Positions 21,401 to 29,918 of a stretch of 64,000 nucleotides of DNA are shown one piece after another; position 1 is the stretch's first letter, and the number at the start of each line of letters is the position of its first letter. Origin of the DNA: an uncultured bacterium. GTDB lineage: Bacteria; Vulcanimicrobiota; CADAWZ01. Made by a program: the position numbers and the translations under genes. The notes below the pieces were generated by a model. It was not told the origin of the DNA, ran no database searches, and saw nothing but the letters and a program-made list of their open reading frames with translations. The stretch lies in NCBI GenBank assembly GCA_949288455.1, contig CASEKF010000042.1, forward strand, positions 52,977-116,976, given 5' to 3'.

Positions 21401-24053
21401 TAAGAGGAATTTTGGAATATTTATTGCCGTCCGCTTTAAAACAGGCTATTTTTATATTGTGAGGCTTTTTTGTCTCGGCTATGCTTGAATTTGGCCTAAT
21501 TCCTATAAAAGCTTCCGATCTGTGCCATTCCGCAGAAGCTTGGGAAGATCTTTCATATTTTGCCGATTTAGCCGTAGTTTCAAAAGTAATATTTGCGTTT
21601 GGCGGTAGGAGTTTTGCGTCGAAGGGTATATTGAATTCAGCTTTGCCGTCTTTGTCAAAGTTGGATTCTCCTGAAGCCAGAGTAATTAAACCGCCTTCTC
21701 TATGATCTTCGGTTCCAAATATATATTCATTTTGCCCTTTAGGAATAAAATTGTATGGATACGCCGTGAGATTCCAGCTTATTTTGCCGTCTGCAAGCGG
21801 AGAACCGAAGAACCATTTGGCAGAGGCAGATCCAAATATATTAGAGTCGCCGAAATATTCTTTTTTTGAAAGAACCGTTTCCGTGTCCAGTTCTGAAGGC
21901 GCATATTCTTTAATCTTAAAAGTTCCGGCTTCTATAATATGAGATCCTTCGCCTTCGTCAGTAAGCAATAGAACGCTGTAGTCCCCGGTAGGAGCGTTTT
22001 TGTCTATTGCCGCGTTTAAGTTAAAGGCTCCCATTTCCGATAACAGTATTGATTCTTCTTTGATTTTTTCTCCTCTGGAATCGTATATTTGCAATAAAAA
22101 ATTAATTTTTTTTGGATTTTTTTCGCCTCCGGCGACTTTTCGGGGAATTTTTAAGCCGTTAACAGTTTTTTCTCTTACAATACCTTTTATGTTTACCGAG
22201 TTTCCCGGACGATATATATTTTTTTCCGTAAAAATTGACGCTTTATATGGCGAGGCATATTTAAAATCGCTTATTTTATATCCGAGATCCCATAATGGAA
22301 TATTCCAGTCCCAGTTGGCTGCTATGAAGGCGGAATCGTTGTCCTTTGAGGCAAATATGCAGAAATTTTCAATTTTCTTATCTCGCATTGCGTAATATAT
22401 TTCCGTTATGGCGAAACACCCGTTTTTATCCGTAGTTCCTTCCCAGATAAGTTTGTTATTTTTGTCTAATATTCGTATACAAGCTCCTTCTACCGGATTG
22501 TTCGCTTTATCGGTAACGATTATTAAGCCGGAATCGGGAGATAGCTTAGCGTTTATCGTTAAATCAGTTATTTGCGCTAAAGAGTAATCGGTCGTTTCTT
22601 CGGCATTTTTATTTTTTGAACGCGTTTTAACGTATACTAGAGCCGTTCCTTTTCCGTTAGTTAAATATTTGTTTATAGGAATTTTCAACAGTTTTTTCTC
22701 ATTGAGTCTGCATCCCGTATTGATCGTAAAGTAACTCGGATTATGCGATTTAACGTAGGAATCTATATTTTTGTTGTTAAGCGTTATTGAAAGTATGTCT
22801 TCTATAGTCATTTCTTTAACGAAGACATTTAAATACGGAATATTTGTCACGTATATCGGAAGAGAAGCGTCGGACGCCTGGAGAACTACGGCGTTTCCGT
22901 TTTTCATGTAATGAGTCGGAGGATAATCCCCCGTAGTGAAGCGGAATTTTTCATTTTGTCCCAGTTTGATAGGATTTCCGTTGATATCTTTTAAGGCAGG
23001 ATCTAAAATTATAAAATATTCGGAGCGAGGTTTTAAGTTCAATCCGTATATTCGAGGGCTGATGGTGTCGTAGTTTCCTGAAGACATATCTTCCGAGAAG
23101 TTCGTTTCCGGTTCAAATTTTATGTTCTTGACTAAGTCGTTTAATCTTACCGGATTTGAAAATTGTAGTTGAATACTCTCTCCGGGCGGAGGCTCTTTTA
23201 ATAATGTTCCTTGAAATTTAAATTCTTTTTCCGTGCGGAATTTTACGTCAGTCGTATTCTCCATAGACAGCTCTCCTGATTTGAGTCCCGATTCTATGCA
23301 TAGAGAATATGGCGAGTCTAATTCCAGATTTTTTGAAGGATAAAGAAGCAGGCAATGTTCAAAGTTCCAGTCGGAATCTTTGACTAAATCATTTTTGGCG
23401 GCGCGTTTTAAAGTATAGTCTACGGCTTTTTCTCGTTCGCCTTTATCGTTTAACTGATATAAAAAGATATTTTTTTTCGCTTCGTCGATATTTATTTTTT
23501 GATTAAAACATATTTGAAGAGGTTTAGAGGACGATACGAATTGTCCGCCGTTCTTAGGAATTGTTCCTGCTATTGCCGGAGGCAAGGAGTTGAAACTCCA
23601 GGAGTAATCGTTTCCTAAAGTTTCTCCCGATATCGATTTAATATTTTTAGATATCGATACGGCATATTTCGTTCCAGGAGCAAACGGCTTGTTAGGCTTG
23701 AACGCTAAAGACGCTGTGCCAATCCAATAATATTTCCCTTTAACAGGAGGGGAAAACGAAAAATAGCCGGAACCGTCAAATTCAACGGAAGAAGGCGATA
23801 AAGCCGTCATAGGTTTATTAAACGTAACGGAGACTGATTGAAGATCTTCCGAAGATAGGACGTTCCCGTTTGGTATCGCCGCTATAACTTGAAGTTTTTC
23901 ATCTTTTTCGGAAAAAACCGGCGCGACGCTAGAGTAAACTATTTCCGGCTTGCTTTGACTTGTTTTGGACAATCGCTCCGATTTGTTAACGCATGAGTTT
24001 GAAAATAGAGCTAATATACAGATTAAAGCAAAAGTCGTTATATATCTTTGCAT
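18429..24053 (-). CDS. Bacterial alpha-2-macroglobulin family protein (large lipoprotein-like, thioester-containing)
   Basis: 1874 aa. Signal/lipoprotein-like N-terminus, many MG-like beta domains, and the thioester motif ...YPYDCLEQITS... (CLEQ). Confidence 0.8.
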   Translation of the reverse strand: MQRYITTFALICILALFSNSCVNKSERLSKTSQSKPEIVYSSVAPVFSEKDEKLQVIAAIPNGNVLSSEDLQSVSVTFNKPMTALSPSSVEFDGSGYFSFSPPVKGKYYWIGTASLAFKPNKPFAPGTKYAVSISKNIKSISGETLGNDYSWSFNSLPPAIAGTIPKNGGQFVSSSKPLQICFNQKINIDEAKKNIFLYQLNDKGEREKAVDYTLKRAAKNDLVKDSDWNFEHCLLLYPSKNLELDSPYSLCIESGLKSGELSMENTTDVKFRTEKEFKFQGTLLKEPPPGESIQLQFSNPVRLNDLVKNIKFEPETNFSEDMSSGNYDTISPRIYGLNLKPRSEYFIILDPALKDINGNPIKLGQNEKFRFTTGDYPPTHYMKNGNAVVLQASDASLPIYVTNIPYLNVFVKEMTIEDILSITLNNKNIDSYVKSHNPSYFTINTGCRLNEKKLLKIPINKYLTNGKGTALVYVKTRSKNKNAEETTDYSLAQITDLTINAKLSPDSGLIIVTDKANNPVEGACIRILDKNNKLIWEGTTDKNGCFAITEIYYAMRDKKIENFCIFASKDNDSAFIAANWDWNIPLWDLGYKISDFKYASPYKASIFTEKNIYRPGNSVNIKGIVREKTVNGLKIPRKVAGGEKNPKKINFLLQIYDSRGEKIKEESILLSEMGAFNLNAAIDKNAPTGDYSVLLLTDEGEGSHIIEAGTFKIKEYAPSELDTETVLSKKEYFGDSNIFGSASAKWFFGSPLADGKISWNLTAYPYNFIPKGQNEYIFGTEDHREGGLITLASGESNFDKDGKAEFNIPFDAKLLPPNANITFETTAKSAKYERSSQASAEWHRSEAFIGIRPNSSIAETKKPHNIKIACFKADGNKYSKIPLTIQILKREWLSVKKEVIENGSSWINEKKDTVVKTLNATEAEYNFDFTPEKPGYYIVKVSGKDKKGVETISEAGFYASGYGISSWEQEDSPVIKLTCSKKTYKPGEKAQIFIPSPYKSAKAIITVEGDSVLYKDFVKIQGNSTIIEIPITPREIPGFFVSALILPDITDGSSSGEFKVGYAQVNVASNSNKLYISVSPNKQTYKPGEKATVKIELKDEKGNPAKGEVSIAVIDKGTLALTGYELPNLFKKFYGSLSLNSNIFCSKTNLISSASYKEKGDYGGGGDNSELIRDNFADVAYWNPAVTISSEGKADVSFNMPDSLTSFDIMAIGYSENKFSELAEAEATVSSPIVVKAAAPSFAHIGDEILCGVTLINNTAKSASLKVTLDQKDMKLLDSSNSKILNIKPNKEEVALFSLKAIRNGSADLIFKTEPQNMDSDFQPDILKTQISIRPAQNAYFTLAFAGMTSKTCLEETISIDEPKARDAQLKVYASSCAYESLRKSYEYLVGYPYDCLEQITSMAVPHVMTAKLAQYLNCEERVNDNINTWLNQTANRQNYDGGFRMWPSEGKSSDFLSCYVMHVIGKLDTNKYKAPNELKNAGIYYLQSIVRRKLDEKWEVENEKGKYFLKAYAIYVLGLLGVNNDSARNKLIQNSDKLGIQGKALLMRTLGEQPQYENIKQDLKRQIFNKLVIENKAAWFAADDVIPEFYQSDVSANSLIYISLLETFGFFPNSDKILIWLNEQKNDKDRWQNTHENALALTAAAKSMELRGMSSETFKASVKLNGKAIAAWQPLGYDNNCIFAETKLTENPSKIVFEKENKGTMYYSGEISWERQGEIQALDRGFTVMKSIEPLKRQKTFSESFKEGEIYKVTISVNAMHNRNNVVLTDSVPAGFEIIDVSLETESEFYRHMLNSIRMTQLKSGYGAFDHRQYYSDRAVAFASKLTKGEHLFTYLIKASYKGKYTMYPAKASMMYSPDVFGNTNSSEIEIK

Positions 24054-24216
24054 TTAAACCTCCACTAAAAATCTTGCAACTCTATTTTAACATATGCCTG
24101 TTGCAAACACAAATTAATATGTGTCTTACCGGGATTAAAGGATTGCTTTAACGCTTCGAAGAAAAGATAAAATTAAACGACCAATTGGCGGTATTTAAGT
24201 TAGGTTTGATTAAATT

Positions 24217-25173
24217 ATGAAAATTAAATGCGTAGCGGTTGTAGGGCCGACTGCTTGCGGAAAGTCAGATTTGGCTGTTAAGTTGGCCGAGAAGTTTGGC
24301 GGCGAAGTCATTTCTGCCGATTCCAGGCAGATCTTTAAAGGTATGGATTTAGGAACCGGCAAAGTTTCCGGATTTTTAGACTCAAGTTTCTCAATAGATT
24401 GTCCTCCTGTCATTTTCCCGTTTGTTTCTTCCGGCATAAGGCATTGGATGATTGACATACTAGATCCGATTGAAAAATTTTCGGCCGCCGATTTTCAGCG
24501 CTGCGCTTTGGCGCTTATAAAAAACATTTCAGAAAGGAATCGCAGCGTTTTCGTAGCCGGAGGAACCGGTTTTTTCGTTCGCTCGCTTACGGACGGTTTA
24601 GATTTTGCTAAAGTTCAAATTTCTGAGGAAGTTAGGCGGTATGTCTTATCTTTATCGTTAAGCGAAGCGTCTGAACGTTTGATATCCCTTCAGAGCGACG
24701 CGGAATCGTTCGTTGATTTAAAGAATCCCAGGAGAGTAGCCAGAGCTCTTGAACTTATGCTTTCAGGGCTTGGAAATTTATCCGCGATGAAAAATAAAAG
24801 GGAATTAGGTTTGGAATTTCTCGTTTTGGGTCTTTCTCTCCCGAGAGAGACTTTAAAGCTTAGAATTTTCAACAGATTGGAAGAACGCTTACAAAAAGGA
24901 ATGGTCGCCGAGATCGAGGGACTTATCGAGAGAGGCGTTCCTATTTCGCGTCTCGAATCTTTCGGACTTGAATATAGAATGATAGCGAGATACGTTTCGG
25001 GAAGTATTTCATACGACGAAATGAAAACTTCGTTGTATTCCGAAATATGCAAGTTCGCCAAGCGGCAGATGACTTGGTTTAAGAAATATTCTAACGTAGT
25101 TTGGCTCGACGGCGAACGGGAGGCTTTTGAGCTTGTAGAACATTTTTTAACTTCTATGGGTGAGACGATGTGA
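24217..25173 (+). CDS. miaA: tRNA dimethylallyltransferase
   Basis: VGPTACGKS P-loop and ISADSRQIFKGMDLGT(G)KV, typical of MiaA. 318 aa. Confidence 0.85.
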   Translation: MKIKCVAVVGPTACGKSDLAVKLAEKFGGEVISADSRQIFKGMDLGTGKVSGFLDSSFSIDCPPVIFPFVSSGIRHWMIDILDPIEKFSAADFQRCALALIKNISERNRSVFVAGGTGFFVRSLTDGLDFAKVQISEEVRRYVLSLSLSEASERLISLQSDAESFVDLKNPRRVARALELMLSGLGNLSAMKNKRELGLEFLVLGLSLPRETLKLRIFNRLEERLQKGMVAEIEGLIERGVPISRLESFGLEYRMIARYVSGSISYDEMKTSLYSEICKFAKRQMTWFKKYSNVVWLDGEREAFELVEHFLTSMGETM

Positions 25174-26255
25174 TAGAAAATTTTTGGAAACGTTTTGATA
25201 TATGGATTATCGTTCCTGTTTTTCTTTTATTTTCGCTCGGTTTGCTTGTTCTTCAAAGCTCGGCGGCCGATTCGTTTTTTCCGTTATCCGATATTGTTTT
25301 AAAACATTGCGTTTTCTTTGCGATTGGGTGCGCCGTTCTTGTTCTTTTCGCAGCGTGCGATTACGACGCTTTAGGCCGTTTGGCGACCCCTATAGCGCTC
25401 GTGAATATATTTCTTTTGATTTTTGTTTTTTTCGCGGGACATTCCGCTAAGGGCGCGCAGAGATGGATCGCTATGGGCGGTTTTACTTTTCAACCTTCCG
25501 AGCCCGCTAAACTTATTGTCGTTCTTGCTTTGGCTAAAATTTTGGCGTCTGTCGATAAAATTGACAGACCTACCATTGTTTCAGTAGTTTTTACGGTATT
25601 TATTCCTTGGTTTTTGATTTTTATTCAGCCTGATTTGGGGACTTCTCTGGTCATAGTTTTCGCCGCTTTCGTTATGCTGTATTTTGTGGGAATAAAGCCT
25701 TGGATACTTTTATCTGTCTTGCTTACGGCATCTTCTTTGTCTCCGTTTCTTCTTCGCGATTATCAAAAAGACAGGCTGCTTGTTTTTATAAATCCGGAAC
25801 TTGACGTATCCGGAGCCGGATGGAATATCGCTCAGTCTAAAATCGCCGTCGGAAGCGGAGGACTTTTTGGAAAGGGACTTTTTCAAGGAACTCAGACTCA
25901 ACTTGATTTTGTGCCTGAACATAGCACCGATTTTATTTTTTCGGTTATAGGAGAGGAATTAGGATTTATAGGCTGCGTCTTAGTTTTACTTTTATATGTT
26001 TTTTTGCTTTATAGATGCGCTTTTATTATAAAATCATCTAAAGATAAATTTGGTTTTTTAACCGGAGTAGGCGTTTTTTGTTTACTAGGGTTTCATGTTT
26101 TTGTAAATATAGGTATGGTTTTGGGAGTTATGCCTGTGGTAGGAGTGCCTTTAACTTTTATTTCTTCCGGAGGAAGCGCTTTAATTTCTAATATGGCGGC
26201 TATTGGAATTTTAGAAAGTATTTATAGTAGACGCGAAAGACTTTTCATTAAGTGA
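25170..26255 (+). CDS. SEDS-family peptidoglycan glycosyltransferase (RodA/FtsW)
   Basis: 10-TM protein with the RodA/FtsW-like motif GFTFQPSEPAKL. Overlaps the miaA stop by 4 bp. Confidence 0.8.
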   Translation: MIENFWKRFDIWIIVPVFLLFSLGLLVLQSSAADSFFPLSDIVLKHCVFFAIGCAVLVLFAACDYDALGRLATPIALVNIFLLIFVFFAGHSAKGAQRWIAMGGFTFQPSEPAKLIVVLALAKILASVDKIDRPTIVSVVFTVFIPWFLIFIQPDLGTSLVIVFAAFVMLYFVGIKPWILLSVLLTASSLSPFLLRDYQKDRLLVFINPELDVSGAGWNIAQSKIAVGSGGLFGKGLFQGTQTQLDFVPEHSTDFIFSVIGEELGFIGCVLVLLLYVFLLYRCAFIIKSSKDKFGFLTGVGVFCLLGFHVFVNIGMVLGVMPVVGVPLTFISSGGSALISNMAAIGILESIYSRRERLFIK

Positions 26256-26303
26256 TTTTTATGGTAAAATAATAAATTAGAATAACCTTGGGGGTAACTA
26301 AGA

Positions 26304-26657
26304 GTGAATTCTTTCGTTTTTTTATTTAAGAATAGGCCCGGAGCAGAATCAAGGTTTAATACTCTTTGCGGTCTTGTTTTATCCGCTTTGGCTAAAGGTT
26401 TTAAAGTGTCTTTGATATTAGAGCTTGACGCCGTATTGTCTTCAGTTACGTTTCAACATTCTTATGAAGCTTTAATTTTATCGAAAGACAGGGTTTCAGA
26501 AATGATTGAAATGGGAGCCGAAGTTTTTATTTGCTCTGTTTGCGCCGCTTCGAAAGGCGTTTCTAAAAATTCGGATCATGTATCCGGAGTTAAGTTCGTG
26601 TCTCCTGAAATGATGGCCGGTATTATTGGAGAGCGGGACACTTGTATTTCTTTGTAA
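26304..26657 (+). CDS. DsrE/TusD-like sulfur-relay family protein
   Basis: 117 aa. DsrE/DsrF-like fold signature (FLFKNRPG.., Cys-containing). GTG start. Confidence 0.45.
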   Translation: MNSFVFLFKNRPGAESRFNTLCGLVLSALAKGFKVSLILELDAVLSSVTFQHSYEALILSKDRVSEMIEMGAEVFICSVCAASKGVSKNSDHVSGVKFVSPEMMAGIIGERDTCISL

Positions 26658-26677
26658 AAAAAATCGAGGTGCGTTAA

Positions 26678-27031
26678 ATGGCAAACGGCAAAAAAATACT
26701 TATTTTTATTTCTCACACTCCGTTTTCAGGGTCCTTCTGCGAAGAAGGTCTGCGTTTTGCCTTGGGCGTTGGAAACGCTTTGGTGAAGCATGATGTTGCT
26801 ATCGTTTTAATTGGAGACGGGGTTTGGTTTTCCCTTAAATCTCTTAATCAAAGAGATTTTGAAAAGTATGTTAAAGCGTTTTCTGTTATGAATATGGGTT
26901 TAATTATCGAGAAAGAGTCTTTGGAAAAAACGGGCTTATCTCAAGATATAATAAAATCTGAGTTTAAAATAATGGCTAGACAGGAGATTTTCGAGCTTAT
27001 AAAAGGTTCTGATTTTACAATTTCTTTTTGA
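26678..27031 (+). CDS. DsrE/DsrF (TusC)-like family protein
   Basis: 117 aa. KILIFISHTPFSGSF..GLRFALGVGNALVKHDVAIVLIGDGVW matches the DsrE/DsrF family consensus. Confidence 0.55.
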   Translation: MANGKKILIFISHTPFSGSFCEEGLRFALGVGNALVKHDVAIVLIGDGVWFSLKSLNQRDFEKYVKAFSVMNMGLIIEKESLEKTGLSQDIIKSEFKIMARQEIFELIKGSDFTISF

Positions 27032-27081
27032 GGCGTTAAATTTGATTAGGCGTTTATCGTGCGCCTGGAAAGGTTGAGTTT

Positions 27082-27342
27082 GTGGCTATTTATATCGTAG
27101 ATAAAAACGGCTTAGATATCGCGGTTTCTTATGCGGCTATGGATTCGAACGCGAAAGTTTTTCTTATACAAGACGGATTATACGCGCCTAGCGAACTGCT
27201 GAAGGATTTGAAAGTCTTCGTTTTTTCCGAAGAGGTCGAAGAAAGAGGTCTTGGCGACGTTCTTCCCGCTTCTTTCGAAAGAATCGGGTATGACGAAGGC
27301 ATAGATATAATGGTTGACGAACGGATCGTGTCGTTTTGCTGA
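27082..27342 (+). CDS. DsrH/TusB-like protein
   Basis: 86 aa. ..KVFLIQDGLYAP.. resembles the DsrH/TusB signature (LLQDGVYA). Confidence 0.5.
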   Translation: MAIYIVDKNGLDIAVSYAAMDSNAKVFLIQDGLYAPSELLKDLKVFVFSEEVEERGLGDVLPASFERIGYDEGIDIMVDERIVSFC

Positions 27343-28307
27343 TTTTTAATATTACTGCCGACGCTTTATTGTTTTCGTCGGATTGGTCGGCGGAGATTAA
27401 GACCGTACATCGTAAGGCGGTTAATCTTATTGACAATTCCGGCAGCTTGATCACGCTTTGCGACAGATCTGTTATGCCCGGTTTCGGTCGTATAACTCTT
27501 CCGCATTCCGATTTGTTCGATATTTTTTCAGAAGGTTCTTCGGTCTATTTTTCCAGACGTTCAAATAAGTTGACATATGCCGAATTTAATCTTGATAAAT
27601 CCTGTTTCCGCTTGTGGAAACAGGATTTGTTTTCTGATTTAAAGACTATATCTATCGATTCTTTAATCTCTAACTCTGTACTGTTTGCGGAAAAATTTAT
27701 GCGTTTTTGCCGTCCCAGGGAAAAAATATTGTTTTCTTCTTTAATAAATTTTGCGTTAAACTCTGACGGAAAGGTTATCGAGAAAAATTGCGAAGGAATT
27801 CAAGATTCAGTTTATGCCAGGTTGTCGGATATATGGAGAGATTTTTTCTATTGTTCGTTTATGAAGGTTGAATATGATGTTTTGAAGAATTTCATATATG
27901 CGAGCATAGGTTTAGGATATGGATTTACGCCTTCGGGAGACGATTTGCTATCCGGTTTTTTATGCGCGCTTCACGTCTTGAAAAAACAATCTCCGGAACT
28001 TTATCCGGACTGTATTCCGAATAATTTTTTTAATCTTATTGAACTAGGAGCCGGAAACGCTCCTTTAATTAGCTCGAAGTTGCTTTTAAGAGCGGCTGCG
28101 GGAGAATATCCTTCGGAAATTTCAGAATTATTCCGCTTGTTGGTCGGCGAAGCGTTCTCTTCAGGACTTAGTCCTTACGTTTTGACTGAGGATGAAATTA
28201 TAACTTATTTTCTAAATCATGGTTATTCTTCCGGTAGGGAAATTGTTATGGGTTTTACGGCCGGTATTCTGTTCGGCTGTTCTTATTATAAAAAAATCAC
28301 ACGTTAA
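27336..28307 (+). CDS. DUF2877 (YlbF-like) protein
   Basis: 323 aa. GYGFTPSGDDLLSGFLCAL and HGYSSGRE motifs. Overlaps the DsrH-like stop. Directly precedes fdrA. Confidence 0.55.
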   Translation: MLIFNITADALLFSSDWSAEIKTVHRKAVNLIDNSGSLITLCDRSVMPGFGRITLPHSDLFDIFSEGSSVYFSRRSNKLTYAEFNLDKSCFRLWKQDLFSDLKTISIDSLISNSVLFAEKFMRFCRPREKILFSSLINFALNSDGKVIEKNCEGIQDSVYARLSDIWRDFFYCSFMKVEYDVLKNFIYASIGLGYGFTPSGDDLLSGFLCALHVLKKQSPELYPDCIPNNFFNLIELGAGNAPLISSKLLLRAAAGEYPSEISELFRLLVGEAFSSGLSPYVLTEDEIITYFLNHGYSSGREIVMGFTAGILFGCSYYKKITR

Positions 28308-28312
28308 GAGGT

Positions 28313-29887
28313 TTGTATATGCTTGTCAATTATATTATTAAAAATCGATTTTATGATTCGGTTCTTTTAATGCAGATTGCCAACGACATAAAATCAAAGT
28401 TCGGCTTTGAAAAAGTATCCGTTATGATGGGTACTCTTCCCAATAAAGATTTGATGAGGGAAACCTGCGTTTTAGCCGACGAGGGCGAAGCGGCCGGAGC
28501 GAACGACGTTATAGTGGCGTTTGGCACAGATAAAGAAGAAGATTTTAAAAAGGCTTTCGAATATTTGAACGATTTGCTTGAGAAGAAAAAAGTGAAATTG
28601 GATGCCGGAGGCGTTAACGTTTCGTATTCCACTATCGAATCGGCTTTTCAAAATCATGACGACGCAAATACCGTATTTATATCGCTTCCGGGTCCTTTTG
28701 TGCGATATGAGGCTCAAAAAGCCGTAAATCTTGGAATGAACGTAATGATTTTTAGCGATAACGTGTCTTTGGAAGATGAGATCGCATTAAAGAAGGCGGC
28801 GGAGAAAAAAGGCGTTATAGTAATGGGGCCAGATTGCGGAACCGCTATTATAAAAGGTTCCGCTTTGGGGTTTGCCAACGTTATACCTCAAGGACCCGTA
28901 GGTATAGCAGGAGCTTCCGGAACCGGAATTCAAGAATTAACGGTTCTTCTCGCCGATAGAGGCATTGGAGTTTCGCACGCTTTAGGCACAGGAGGCAGAG
29001 ACGTTTCCGAGGCCGTTGGCGGAATCGCTTTGCTGCAAGCGTTGAGAGCGTTGGGAGAAGACGAATCGACAAAAATTATAGCCGTTATTTCAAAGCCTCC
29101 ATGCGATAAAGTCGTTAATAAAATGCTTAAGGAGCTTGAAAGGATATCTAAACCCGCAGTAGTCTGTTTTATGAAAGACGGAGAACTCATGAAAGATTAC
29201 GCTAACATTCGTTTCGCCGCGACTATTGAAGACGAAGTTGGCATTTTAGAAGAACTTATATATGGCGCGCCGTATAAAAAATCGCTCTTCTCTTACGATA
29301 AAGAGGTAATAGACGAGCTTGTATGCCGTTCCGTCGCCGCGCTTAACGAAGAGCAGAAATATATAAGAGGTCTTTATTCAGGAGGAACGCTCTGCGACGA
29401 GGCTTTGATGATTTTGAATCGGGCTTTTGGGAACGTGTGGTCTAACGCTTCTCTTTATCCCGATAGAAAACTTAAAGACGCTAAAGAGTCTAAAGAACAT
29501 TCGCTTGTAGATATGGGAGACGATGAATTTACCAGAGGAATGCCTCATCCTATGATCGATTTTACCTTAAGAAAGGAGAGGCTGATTAAGGAAGTTCGTC
29601 AAAAAGACGTGGCCGTAATATTGTTAGACGTCGTTTTGGGATACGGTTCTCATATGAATCCCGCCGGCGAATTGGCGGAAGTTATTAGATCGGAAAGAGC
29701 TTTAGCTTTAAAGGAAGGGCGCGATTTTGTCGTTTGCGCTTATGTGTGCGGAAGCGAAGGAGATCCTCAAAAGCTGGCTGAGCAGAAGAAAATTTTGGAA
29801 GACGCTGGCGTAATTCTTATGCCTAGCAACGCTCAAGCGGCTCGCTTCTGCGTCTTAGTAGCCGGAAGAGGCAAAATAACTTTATAA
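28313..29887 (+). CDS. fdrA: FdrA-family acyl-CoA-synthetase-like protein
   Basis: 524 aa. The N-terminus (MxxNxIIKNRFYDSVLLMQI..KVSVMMGT..NK) closely resembles the E. coli FdrA N-terminus. CoA-ligase/succinyl-CoA-synthetase-like domains. Confidence 0.8.
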   Translation: MYMLVNYIIKNRFYDSVLLMQIANDIKSKFGFEKVSVMMGTLPNKDLMRETCVLADEGEAAGANDVIVAFGTDKEEDFKKAFEYLNDLLEKKKVKLDAGGVNVSYSTIESAFQNHDDANTVFISLPGPFVRYEAQKAVNLGMNVMIFSDNVSLEDEIALKKAAEKKGVIVMGPDCGTAIIKGSALGFANVIPQGPVGIAGASGTGIQELTVLLADRGIGVSHALGTGGRDVSEAVGGIALLQALRALGEDESTKIIAVISKPPCDKVVNKMLKELERISKPAVVCFMKDGELMKDYANIRFAATIEDEVGILEELIYGAPYKKSLFSYDKEVIDELVCRSVAALNEEQKYIRGLYSGGTLCDEALMILNRAFGNVWSNASLYPDRKLKDAKESKEHSLVDMGDDEFTRGMPHPMIDFTLRKERLIKEVRQKDVAVILLDVVLGYGSHMNPAGELAEVIRSERALALKEGRDFVVCAYVCGSEGDPQKLAEQKKILEDAGVILMPSNAQAARFCVLVAGRGKITL

Positions 29888-29918
29888 ACTGGAAAATTTT
29901 TGAAAGGATATATATTGC

